From the NCBI GenBank assembly GCA_038330145.1, contig JBBQNR010000006.1, positions 2,773 through 66,772 of the forward strand: a DNA stretch of 64,000 bases. Direction: 5' to 3'. This document shows, in pieces, positions 40,182-48,681 of the stretch. Below the pieces are notes generated by a model, which was given only the letters and a program-made list of their open reading frames with translations, had not been told where the DNA came from and ran no database searches. A program made the translations under genes and the position numbers. Positions within the stretch are counted from its first letter, which is position 1. The number at the start of each line of letters is the position of its first letter. Source of the DNA: Solirubrobacterales bacterium (GTDB lineage Bacteria; Actinomycetota; Thermoleophilia; Solirubrobacterales; JBBDJG01).

Positions 40182-41405
40182 TTGACTGTGGCCGCCACGG
40201 AGCGCCGGCGACTGTTTCCGAAGAAGACCGTCAGGGACGTCGACGTCGACGGCAAGCGGGTTCTGGTGCGCGTCGACTTCAACGTGCCGCTGGAGAAGCG
40301 CGACGGGAAGGTCGAGGTCGCCGACGACGGCCGTGTGCGCGCGGCGCTGCCGACGATCGAGCATCTGCGCAAGCGCGAGTCGAGGCTCGTGCTGGTGTCG
40401 CACCTTGGGCGACCGAAGGACCGCGAGCCCGAACTGTCGATGGCGCCGGTATCGCGCCGGCTGGCGGAGCTGACGGGGGCGCCCGTCGAGCAGGCCGCGG
40501 CGGTGGTCGGCCCGGACGTGGAGCGGGCCGCGTCCCAGCTCGGGCCGGGCCAGATCCTGATGCTCGAGAACTGTCGCTTCGAGCCCGGTGAGACCAGCAA
40601 CGACCCGCAGCTCGCGCGGGCGCTCGCATCGCTGGCGGAGCTGTACGTCGACGATGCCTTCGGCGCCGTGCACCGCGCTCACGCCACAACCGTCGGCGTG
40701 GCGCAGCAGCTGCCGGCCGTGGCGGGGCTCCTGCTCGAGCGCGAGGTGACCTTTCTCAATCGCCTCGTGCAGGACCCGGAGCGGCCCTTCGTGGTCGTGC
40801 TCGGAGGAGCGAAGGTGAGCGACAAGATCGGCGTCATCGAGCGCTTCCTCGAGCTGGCGGACGCGATCCTGATCGGCGGCGCGATGTGCTTCAGCTTCTT
40901 TCGCGCCCAGGGAAGGCCCACGGGCGACTCGCTGGTGGAGGAGAAGGGCGTCGAGCTGGCAGTCCGTGCGCTGGAGCGGGCTTCGCAGTCGAGCTGCCGG
41001 CTCGAACTGCCCCGCGACCTCGTGATCGCCGACCGCTTCGACGGGGGCGCGCAGCGGCGCGAGATCGACGGCGTCGACGTGCCGGACGACTGGATGGGCC
41101 TCGACATAGGCCTGCGCACGGCGGAGACCTACGCCGACGAGATCGGCCGAGCCCGGACGGTGTTCTGGAACGGCCCGATGGGAGCCTTCGAGCTGGAGCC
41201 GTTCGCGGCCGGCACGCGAGCGGTCGCCGAGGCGATGGCGGGCTCGGACGCGACCACGGTGGTCGGCGGCGGCGATTCTGCGGCGGCTGTCGAGCGCTTC
41301 GGGCTGGCGGCCTCGATGACGCACGTGTCGACCGGCGGCGGAGCGGCACTGGAACTCCTGGAGGGAAAGCCACTGCCGGGTCTCGAGGTGCTCCAAGATG
41401 CCTAG
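40182..41405 (+). CDS. pgk: Phosphoglycerate kinase
   Basis: RVDFNVP, SHLGRP, GGAKVSDKI, WNGPMG, VSTGGGA. Confidence 0.97.
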   Translation: MTVAATERRRLFPKKTVRDVDVDGKRVLVRVDFNVPLEKRDGKVEVADDGRVRAALPTIEHLRKRESRLVLVSHLGRPKDREPELSMAPVSRRLAELTGAPVEQAAAVVGPDVERAASQLGPGQILMLENCRFEPGETSNDPQLARALASLAELYVDDAFGAVHRAHATTVGVAQQLPAVAGLLLEREVTFLNRLVQDPERPFVVVLGGAKVSDKIGVIERFLELADAILIGGAMCFSFFRAQGRPTGDSLVEEKGVELAVRALERASQSSCRLELPRDLVIADRFDGGAQRREIDGVDVPDDWMGLDIGLRTAETYADEIGRARTVFWNGPMGAFELEPFAAGTRAVAEAMAGSDATTVVGGGDSAAAVERFGLAASMTHVSTGGGAALELLEGKPLPGLEVLQDA

Positions 41406-41441
41406 ACCTACAGCGAGACCCTGTCTCACGGAGGGCCGGCG

Positions 41442-42221
41442 GTGAGCACCAACGTAGAGAGCATGCGCCGGCCCCTGATCGCCGGCAACTGGAAGATGAA
41501 CAAGACGAACGAGGAGGCCGAGGCGTTCCTGGCCCGTTTCCTCGCTCGCTTCGACCGCAGGCGCGGGGTCGATGTCACGATCTGCCCGGCGTTCACCGCG
41601 CTGCGAACCGTCGTCGAGCACACGCTGGACTCAGGCCTGCGCGTGGGAGCTCAGAACGTGCACGAGGCGCCGGAGGGCGCGTTCACCGGCGAGGTCTCGA
41701 TACCGATGCTGCTCGAGCTGGGGGTCAGCACCGTCATCCTCGGCCACTCCGAGCGTCGCGCGCTTTTCGGCGAGACCGACGGAGCGCTGCAGCGCAAGGT
41801 GCCGGCGGCGCTGGAGGCGGGGCTGAGCCCGATCCTCTGCGTCGGCGAGACGGAGGAGGAGCGTGACGCCGGAGAGATGCAGCGCAAGCTGCGGCAGCAG
41901 GTGCAGGTGGACCTGGCCCAGGTCGAGGACGGCCTGCTGCCGTTCGTGGTGCTCGCGTACGAGCCGATCTGGGCGATCGGGACCGGGCGCACGGCAACCC
42001 CGGATCAGGCTCAGGAGGCGATCGCTTTCGTGCGCGCGCTGGTCGGGGACCGCGACAGCGACGCGGCGCAGCACATGCGGATCCTCTATGGCGGCAGCGT
42101 CAACGCAGGCAACGCGGCGGAGCTGCTGGCGCAACAGGACATAGACGGCGCGCTGGTGGGGGGCGCCAGCCTCGACCCGGACGAGTTCGCGGCCATCGTG
42201 GCGGCCGCGACGGTGCGATGA
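41442..42221 (+). CDS. tpiA: Triosephosphate isomerase
   Basis: AGNWKMN, GHSERR, AYEPIWAIGTG, YGGSV, LVGGASL. Confidence 0.98.
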   Translation: MSTNVESMRRPLIAGNWKMNKTNEEAEAFLARFLARFDRRRGVDVTICPAFTALRTVVEHTLDSGLRVGAQNVHEAPEGAFTGEVSIPMLLELGVSTVILGHSERRALFGETDGALQRKVPAALEAGLSPILCVGETEEERDAGEMQRKLRQQVQVDLAQVEDGLLPFVVLAYEPIWAIGTGRTATPDQAQEAIAFVRALVGDRDSDAAQHMRILYGGSVNAGNAAELLAQQDIDGALVGGASLDPDEFAAIVAAATVR

Positions 42222-43861
42222 GCGCTCCATCGACGGTCGAGCGCCGCCGCGCGATGAGTCTGCCTCCCGGCCCCGGCGCCCTGCCCGTGCCGTCGCTCGC
42301 GCTGGTGGTGCTCGATGGCTGGGGCCTGGCGCCGGACGGTCCCGGCAACGCGATCTCGCTCGCCGACACGCCCATGTTCGACGAGCTGTGGTCGAGCTAC
42401 CCGCACACGCAGCTGAGTGCCTCGGGCCGCAGCGTCGGCCTGCCGGACGGACTGATGGGCAACTCGGAGGTCGGACACCTGAATCTCGGTGCCGGATCGA
42501 TCATCAAGCAGGACCTGGTGCGCATCGACGACGCCGTCGAGGATGGAAGCTTGTTCCAGAGCGAGGCGCTGAAGCAGGCCTGTGCCGCGGCTCGGCGTGG
42601 TGGGCGGCTGCACCTGCTGGGGCTCGTCTCGGACGGCGGAGTGCATTCGAGCATGGACCACCTGCGCGCCTGCATCGAGCTTGCTGCTCGCGAGCACGTG
42701 CCCGAGCTGGTGCTGCACGCGTTCACCGACGGCCGCGACACCTCACCGACGTCCTCGCCCGCCTATCTGGCGCAGGCGCAGCTCTGGCTCGACGTGGCGG
42801 CGGAGCAGGGCACGCGCGCTTGGATCGGCTCGGTGACCGGGCGCTACTGGGCGATGGACCGCGACAGCCGCTGGGATCGAACCAGGCGCGCATACGACCT
42901 GCTGCTGCGGGGCGAGGGCCTGCGAGCGCCGACGGCGCAGGCGGCCGTCGAGCAGGCCTACGAGCGCGGAGAGACCGACGAGTTCATCCAGCCGACCCTC
43001 GTCGGGCCGGCGGCGGACGAGCCGCAGGGATCGGGTCCGGTCGGGGACGCCCACAGCATCATCTGCTTCAACTTCCGCCCGGACCGCATGCGCCAGCTCG
43101 TGCGAGCGCTGGCCGAGCCGGACTTCGGCGAGTTCGAGCGCGCCCCCGGCGTGCGCCTGCACCTGACGACGATGACCCGCTACCGGCAGGGCTGGACCTA
43201 CCCGGTCGCGTTCGAGCCGGCCCGGCCCGAGACCACGGTGGCCAGGTTGCTGGCCGCGCGCGGCGACGCTCAGCTGCACGTGGCGGAGACGGAGAAGTAT
43301 CCGCACGTGACCTACTTCTTCAACGGCGGGGTGGAGGAGCCGTACCCGCTCGAGGAGCGCTCACTCGTGCCCTCGCCGCGCGACGTCCCCACCTACGACC
43401 ACAAGCCGGAGATGAGCGCCTCCGAGGCGGCGGGCGAGTTCGTTGCCCACTGGCGCTCCCACATCGAGCAGGGGCAGCCCTTTCGCTTCGGCATCATCAA
43501 CTTCGCCAACGCGGACATGGTCGGGCACACCGGCAGCATCCCGGCCGCCACGCGGGGCGTCGAGACGGTGGACCGCTGCCTCGGCGAGGTCGTGTCGGTG
43601 GTGCACGAGCACGGCGGCGCATTGATCGTGACGGCCGACCACGGCAACGCGGACGAGATGCTGGAGCCGGACGGGAGCGCGGACACAGCTCACTCCACCA
43701 ACCCGGTGCCGCTGATCGTCACCGTGCCGGGCCTGGAACTGGGGGAGGGGGTTCTGGCCGACGTCATCCCCACCGCTCTGGAGCTGCTCGGCATCGAGAA
43801 GGACCCTGCCATGACGGGGCATTCGCTGCTCAGGAGCGCACCAGCAGGCCGGCGCGGGTGA
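42218..43861 (+). CDS. gpmI: 2,3-bisphosphoglycerate-independent phosphoglycerate mutase
   Basis: LDGWG, MGNSEVGH, DGGVHS, GRYWAMDRD, AETEKYPHVT, DMVGHTG, TADHGNA. Confidence 0.97.
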   Translation: MSAPSTVERRRAMSLPPGPGALPVPSLALVVLDGWGLAPDGPGNAISLADTPMFDELWSSYPHTQLSASGRSVGLPDGLMGNSEVGHLNLGAGSIIKQDLVRIDDAVEDGSLFQSEALKQACAAARRGGRLHLLGLVSDGGVHSSMDHLRACIELAAREHVPELVLHAFTDGRDTSPTSSPAYLAQAQLWLDVAAEQGTRAWIGSVTGRYWAMDRDSRWDRTRRAYDLLLRGEGLRAPTAQAAVEQAYERGETDEFIQPTLVGPAADEPQGSGPVGDAHSIICFNFRPDRMRQLVRALAEPDFGEFERAPGVRLHLTTMTRYRQGWTYPVAFEPARPETTVARLLAARGDAQLHVAETEKYPHVTYFFNGGVEEPYPLEERSLVPSPRDVPTYDHKPEMSASEAAGEFVAHWRSHIEQGQPFRFGIINFANADMVGHTGSIPAATRGVETVDRCLGEVVSVVHEHGGALIVTADHGNADEMLEPDGSADTAHSTNPVPLIVTVPGLELGEGVLADVIPTALELLGIEKDPAMTGHSLLRSAPAGRRG

Positions 43862-43886
43862 CCCAGGCGGCCCGGGCCGACCATCT

Positions 43887-45098
43887 CTATTGCTGCTCGC
43901 CGGACTCGATCAGGTTGCGGACGCTGTTGTACTGCTTCTGGCCCGAGTCGATCAGGTCGCGAACCCCGTTGATCTGGTCGTCGATGGTCGTGCGGACCAC
44001 GCGCTCGAAGTTGCGGCTCGGTGAGTTGTTCGAGCTGACGATCACCACGGCGGCCACGACGGTGGCGATCAGCATGAACAGGAAGGCCAGCGCCAGGAAG
44101 CGCCCGAACACGCCGCGGCGCCTGGCGGGATAGGGCTGAGCCGATGTCTGGTAGACCGGCGCGGGTGGTGGAGGCTCGGCGACGACGGGGGCGGGCGCGG
44201 ACCGGGGCGCAACGTCTGCCGCCGCCATCTGCCTGGTTGCGGCGGTCGCGAGGGCGATCGTCACCTCCGCGTCCCGGCCCCGGAGCGCCTCCTCGATCGC
44301 TTCACGCAGCTCGGGCGGAGTCGCGTAGCGGTACTCGGGGTCCGACGCCAGGCAGCGCGCAACGGCGCGCTCGAGCTCGGGGCCGACCTCGGGGTTGTAG
44401 ATCGAGACCGGCGGTGGCTCGCCCTCCTGCTGCTTCAGCGCCAGCTCGGTCAGCGAGCCGGTTTCGTAAGGAACGCGGCCGGCGAGCATCTGGTACAGCA
44501 CGACCCCGAGCGAGTACACGTCCGAGCTCGGCGTCGCCTCCTCGCCGCGCGTGCGCTCGGGCGAGAGGTAGGCGGCGGTGCCGAGCACCGAGCCGATCTG
44601 CGTGATCTTCGAGTCCTCGGCCGCTTTCGCGATGCCGAAGTCGGCCAGCTTGACGACGCCGTCCGTGTTGATGATCAGGTTGCCCGGCTTGACGTCACGA
44701 TGGATGACGCCGCGCCGGTGCGCGTAGTCCAGTCCCAGACAGGCTTGGGAGACGATGTCGACGGCCTCCTCGACTCCGAGCTGCTTGCGCTCGCGCAAGA
44801 TGTCGGCGACGCTGCGGCCCTCGACGTATTCCATGACTATGTAGTGGCGGCGGGTGCCCGCGTCCTGGCCGGAGTCGTAGACCTGCACGATGTTGGGATG
44901 GACCAGCTTGGCGGCGGCCAGAGCCTCGCGGCGGAAGCGGGCCACGAAGTCATCGTCCTCTGCCAGGTGCTCGGCCAGAAGCTTGACGGCGACCTCCCGC
45001 TCGAGCACCTTGTCGAACGCCACGAACACGGTCGACATGCCTCCGGCGCCCAGCCGGCGATCGAGTCGGTAGCGGTCCGCGATTTCAGAGCCGAGCAT
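43887..45098 (-). CDS. Hanks-type Ser/Thr protein kinase with C-terminal TM
   Basis: LGAGGMSTV, VAVKLL, HRDVKPGN, DFGIA, GTAAYLSPE; no PASTA repeats. Confidence 0.93.
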   Translation of the reverse strand: MLGSEIADRYRLDRRLGAGGMSTVFVAFDKVLEREVAVKLLAEHLAEDDDFVARFRREALAAAKLVHPNIVQVYDSGQDAGTRRHYIVMEYVEGRSVADILRERKQLGVEEAVDIVSQACLGLDYAHRRGVIHRDVKPGNLIINTDGVVKLADFGIAKAAEDSKITQIGSVLGTAAYLSPERTRGEEATPSSDVYSLGVVLYQMLAGRVPYETGSLTELALKQQEGEPPPVSIYNPEVGPELERAVARCLASDPEYRYATPPELREAIEEALRGRDAEVTIALATAATRQMAAADVAPRSAPAPVVAEPPPPAPVYQTSAQPYPARRRGVFGRFLALAFLFMLIATVVAAVVIVSSNNSPSRNFERVVRTTIDDQINGVRDLIDSGQKQYNSVRNLIESGEQQ

Positions 45099-45129
45099 GT
45101 TCACGTCGAGGCACTCTGGATTTCCGCGA

Positions 45130-45681
45130 TCACGGCTGGATCCCTCCGGACCCGCCACTGTCGCCGGTGGCGCCCGTGTCCGGGCTCGGCTGCTCGTCGG
45201 CCGGTGGCTCGACCGGCGGGATCTGGTCAGGCTTGCCCTTGCCCTTCTTGGGCTTCTTCTGCTCCTGCTTCCGCTTCTGCTTGTTGTCCTTGCCGTTGTC
45301 GCTCTGCCCGTCGGTGGTCGCTCCGGTGGTCGTGCCGGCCGGCGTCGTGGGCCCGGTCGCGCCGGTGGCGCCGCAGTCTTGCTTGATCAGCGTCTGCAGC
45401 CTCTGAGCCGAGCTCCTGAGGGCTCGCCTCAGGTCGGAGTTCACTCCCTTCGGCAGGTCCGCCGCCTCCTGCTCGAGCGTCTGCGCCTTGGCCGCGGCGT
45501 CGTTGCAGTCGCCGGATGCCACCGACTGCTCCACCTGTGCCAGGGTCGAGCGCAGCTCGGATGCCCTGGTGGCGGATAGACGCCTTCCCTGGTCGTCGTT
45601 ACCGCAGGCGCCGAGCATGGCCGCCGCCGCGACGAGCAGGACGGCCGGCGCCCGCGACGTCCACCTTCCCGCACGAAGCAT
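45130..45681 (-). CDS. Lipoprotein with low-complexity tail
   Basis: Lipobox LGAC; TATCTT 7 nt before the ATG. Confidence 0.7.
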   Translation of the reverse strand: MLRAGRWTSRAPAVLLVAAAAMLGACGNDDQGRRLSATRASELRSTLAQVEQSVASGDCNDAAAKAQTLEQEAADLPKGVNSDLRRALRSSAQRLQTLIKQDCGATGATGPTTPAGTTTGATTDGQSDNGKDNKQKRKQEQKKPKKGKGKPDQIPPVEPPADEQPSPDTGATGDSGGSGGIQP

Positions 45682-45722
45682 GCGGCTCAAGATAACCCCT
45701 CGGCCACCCAGCGCCCCCGGAT

Positions 45723-46451
45723 CTAGTGCCCCGAATAGAGCCGCTGTGCGAGGTCGGGCGGCAGCCCAGCGGCCAGGATTGCCTCGGCCGCCTCGTCGAT
45801 CGCGTATTCAACACGCTGGTACGAGGCCGTCCAGTCGCCCGTGTCGAGCACGAGATAGGAGGCGCGCGGATCGCCGTCGCGGGGCTGACCGACGCTGCCC
45901 GGATTGACGAGCCACTCGCCCTGCGCCATCTCGAGCACAGTGCCGGCCGCCGCGAAGGCTCCCTCCGTCTCACCGCTGTCGCGCGAAAAGTGGCAGGCGA
46001 TGTGCGAATGGCCGATCAGGCAGACGCGCTGAGCCTGCAGCTCGAGACAGTCACGGGCCTGCTGGATCGAGAGCACGTACTCCCAGACCGGGTCGCGCGG
46101 GCTGGCGTGGTAGAGGCCGACCTCGTCGCTTTCGCCGACCGGTTTGAGGGAGCGCAGGAACTCGCGTGTCTGGGGCTTGATCACCTCCATCGTCCAGCGG
46201 GCGGCGGCCGCAGCGCTGCGTGTGAAGTACTCGATGTCGAGCTCGCCCGAGACGACGAGGTCGTGGTTTCCTCCCAGGCAGAGGTCTGCGCGGTCCGCCA
46301 CCAGGTCGGTGCACCGATCCGGCATCGCGCCGTAACCGACCACGTCGCCCAGGCACCAGATCGTTTCGGGCCGGCGCTGCTCGAGGTCGTCGAGCACGGC
46401 CCTCAGGGCGGGCAGGTTGCTGTGGATGTCCGAGATGACCGCGACGCGCAT
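45723..46451 (-). CDS. Calcineurin-like metallophosphoesterase
   Basis: SDIHSN, LGDVVGYG, GNHD, GHSH, NPGSVGQPRD. Confidence 0.92.
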   Translation of the reverse strand: MRVAVISDIHSNLPALRAVLDDLEQRRPETIWCLGDVVGYGAMPDRCTDLVADRADLCLGGNHDLVVSGELDIEYFTRSAAAAARWTMEVIKPQTREFLRSLKPVGESDEVGLYHASPRDPVWEYVLSIQQARDCLELQAQRVCLIGHSHIACHFSRDSGETEGAFAAAGTVLEMAQGEWLVNPGSVGQPRDGDPRASYLVLDTGDWTASYQRVEYAIDEAAEAILAAGLPPDLAQRLYSGH

Positions 46452-46497
46452 GTCCGGTGGAGAACCTACGCCGGGCAGCCCTCCCGGTCGGGAAACC

Positions 46498-47250
46498 CTA
46501 GCGGCAACGCGGCCCGCCGCGGAGCGTGAAGCGCTCGTAGACGGTGTTCGTGATGCCGTTCTGGTAGCTGAAGCTGCCGTCGAGCAGGAAGAAGGTGCCG
46601 TTGCACAGCACCGGTCCCTCGATGTAGTGGATGGTGCGCCCCCTGCGCCTGACCTTCTTGTCGAACGTCGTCGCGTCGAAGGTCGAGACGGCCGCGTTCG
46701 GTTGGCCGGGCAGCGTGGGGATCACGGGGATGTCGACGTCGAGCACGTATCCGTAGTTCTTGCCGCCGCGCTTGAGCTCGCCCACGATCGTGAGTGGGGA
46801 GGAGAGGTCGGGGAAGGCGTAGATGATGATCGTGGGGTTGCCGTTGCGAGGCAGGCCGTTCAGGAGCGTGATCTTGGCGTTGACCGGGTCGTTGACGATC
46901 GGTCGGGCGTCGGCCTGAGCCTTGCCGGATCCGATCTGCGACGCCTTCGCGCATCCCCTCAGGCCCTTGGTCTCGAGGTTCTTGGGATTGCAGCGCTTGA
47001 AGTACTTGGCGTTGACGATCGCGCCCTTGGGAAAGCGCAGGGTCGTGTTCGTGAGCGCAGGCCGCAGGCCACCGGCGGTGTCGCCGATGGTCAGCCGGGT
47101 CCTGAGGGTGATACCCCCGAAGTCCTTGCTCTTGGCGCCGCGGACGTACTTGGCCGTGAAGTCGACGGTCTGCACCGGTACCGCGTGAGCCACGGACGCT
47201 CCCGCCAGTGACGCCAGGGCAAAGATGGTGACTGCCATGGTCTTCCGCAT
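46498..47250 (-). CDS. Secreted hypothetical protein (paralog of 28289-29038)
   Basis: GAGGAG RBS, signal peptide, PDLSSPL, PTLPGQP, four Cys. Confidence 0.8.
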   Translation of the reverse strand: MRKTMAVTIFALASLAGASVAHAVPVQTVDFTAKYVRGAKSKDFGGITLRTRLTIGDTAGGLRPALTNTTLRFPKGAIVNAKYFKRCNPKNLETKGLRGCAKASQIGSGKAQADARPIVNDPVNAKITLLNGLPRNGNPTIIIYAFPDLSSPLTIVGELKRGGKNYGYVLDVDIPVIPTLPGQPNAAVSTFDATTFDKKVRRRGRTIHYIEGPVLCNGTFFLLDGSFSYQNGITNTVYERFTLRGGPRCR

Positions 47251-47385
47251 TGCTCTCCTCCTCGATAGGCGCCGAATGGCGCAACCCGCCCCGCTTGCTG
47301 CAGACGTTATCGACCGCCGATCGGTGATGCGGCGGTCGCAAGTGGCCTGCAAGACCGCTGACGGCGAGCGGCTACAGTGGCAACG

Positions 47386-48681
47386 GTGAGGCTGCGGCGA
47401 CTGTCCGGTTCGCTTCGGCACGGGAGGCTGAGCCTGCCGGCCGCCGTGATAGGGGCGGCGCTGGTGGCCGAAGCGGCGGTCTGGCTGCTGCGACCGCACG
47501 GCGTGATCGATCCCGTCGAGGTGCGCGAGACTGCGTACTTCACGCGCTCGCAACTGGAGCGCGCGGTCGATTTCAGGACCGGGCAGCGCTGGCTCGGCCT
47601 CGGAACGCTTGCCGTGCAGGCGGGAGTGCTTGCCTTCCTGGTCGCCCGGCCGCCGAGGCGCACACTCGCGCTCCTGGAACGCGCCGGCCGCGGTCGCCGG
47701 CTGGCCGCCGGAGCGCTCGCCGGGGCGGGTCTCGTGACGGTGTTGCGGCTCGCGCCGCTACCGCTCGAGGCGATCGCGCGCGAGCGCGCCGTAGACGTCG
47801 GCCTGGTGACCCAGAGCTGGAGCGGCTGGGCGTGGGACCTGGTCAAGTCGGTCGGCATCGGAGCCGCGCTTGCGGCGGCCGGCGCCGCGCTGTTCCTGGG
47901 GTTGATGCGGCGCTTCCCGCGACGCTGGTGGCTGGCCGGCGCGGCCGCGGTGGTAGTGATCGAGATCCTGTTCGTGTGGCTTGCGCCGGTCGTGCTGGCG
48001 CCACTCTTCAACCGCTACGAGAAGCTGCCGCAGGGTGCCACCCGCACGGACGTCACCGAGCTGGCGCGGCGAGCGGGCGTGGACGCGGGGGAGGTCTACG
48101 TCGTCGACGCCTCCCGTCGCACCACCAGCGCCAACGCTTTCGTGACCGGGCTTGGACACACGAAGCGGGTGGTGCTCTACGACACGCTGATCGACCGCTT
48201 CAAGCCGGGCGAGGTGCGCGTGGTGGTCGCGCACGAGTTGGGCCACGTCAGGCAGCACGACGTGCGCCGCGGCATGATCTGGGTCGCGATCGTCGCTGCG
48301 CCGGCGATGCTCGTGGTGATGCTGCTGACCGGGTGCTGGTCCAGGCGCGCCGGCGCGTCACCGGGGACGGCGGCAACCCTGCCCGCGTTCGCCCTCGCTC
48401 TGGCGCTCGTCTCCTTCGGAGCCAGTGTGGTCTCGAACCAGCTCTCACGACGGATCGAGGCCAGGGCCGACACGTTCGCGCTCGATCTGACGCGCGATGC
48501 TCCCGGCTTCATCGACCTCGAGCGAGGCCTGGCGGTGGCGAATGTGGCTGACCCCGACCCGCCGAAGATCTTCGTCTGGCTGTTCGGGACCCATCCGCCG
48601 ACGATCGAGCGCATCGGCGCCGGCGTCTCGTTCGAGCGCAGCCAAAAAGGAGCGCCCGAATCCGGCGAGCAGACCCGCTAG
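47386..48681 (+). CDS. M48 family zinc metalloprotease (Ste24-like)
   Basis: NAFVTG, VVLYDTL, AHELGH, EARAD, THPP; TACAGT 7 nt before GTG 47386. Confidence 0.9.
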   Translation: MRLRRLSGSLRHGRLSLPAAVIGAALVAEAAVWLLRPHGVIDPVEVRETAYFTRSQLERAVDFRTGQRWLGLGTLAVQAGVLAFLVARPPRRTLALLERAGRGRRLAAGALAGAGLVTVLRLAPLPLEAIARERAVDVGLVTQSWSGWAWDLVKSVGIGAALAAAGAALFLGLMRRFPRRWWLAGAAAVVVIEILFVWLAPVVLAPLFNRYEKLPQGATRTDVTELARRAGVDAGEVYVVDASRRTTSANAFVTGLGHTKRVVLYDTLIDRFKPGEVRVVVAHELGHVRQHDVRRGMIWVAIVAAPAMLVVMLLTGCWSRRAGASPGTAATLPAFALALALVSFGASVVSNQLSRRIEARADTFALDLTRDAPGFIDLERGLAVANVADPDPPKIFVWLFGTHPPTIERIGAGVSFERSQKGAPESGEQTR

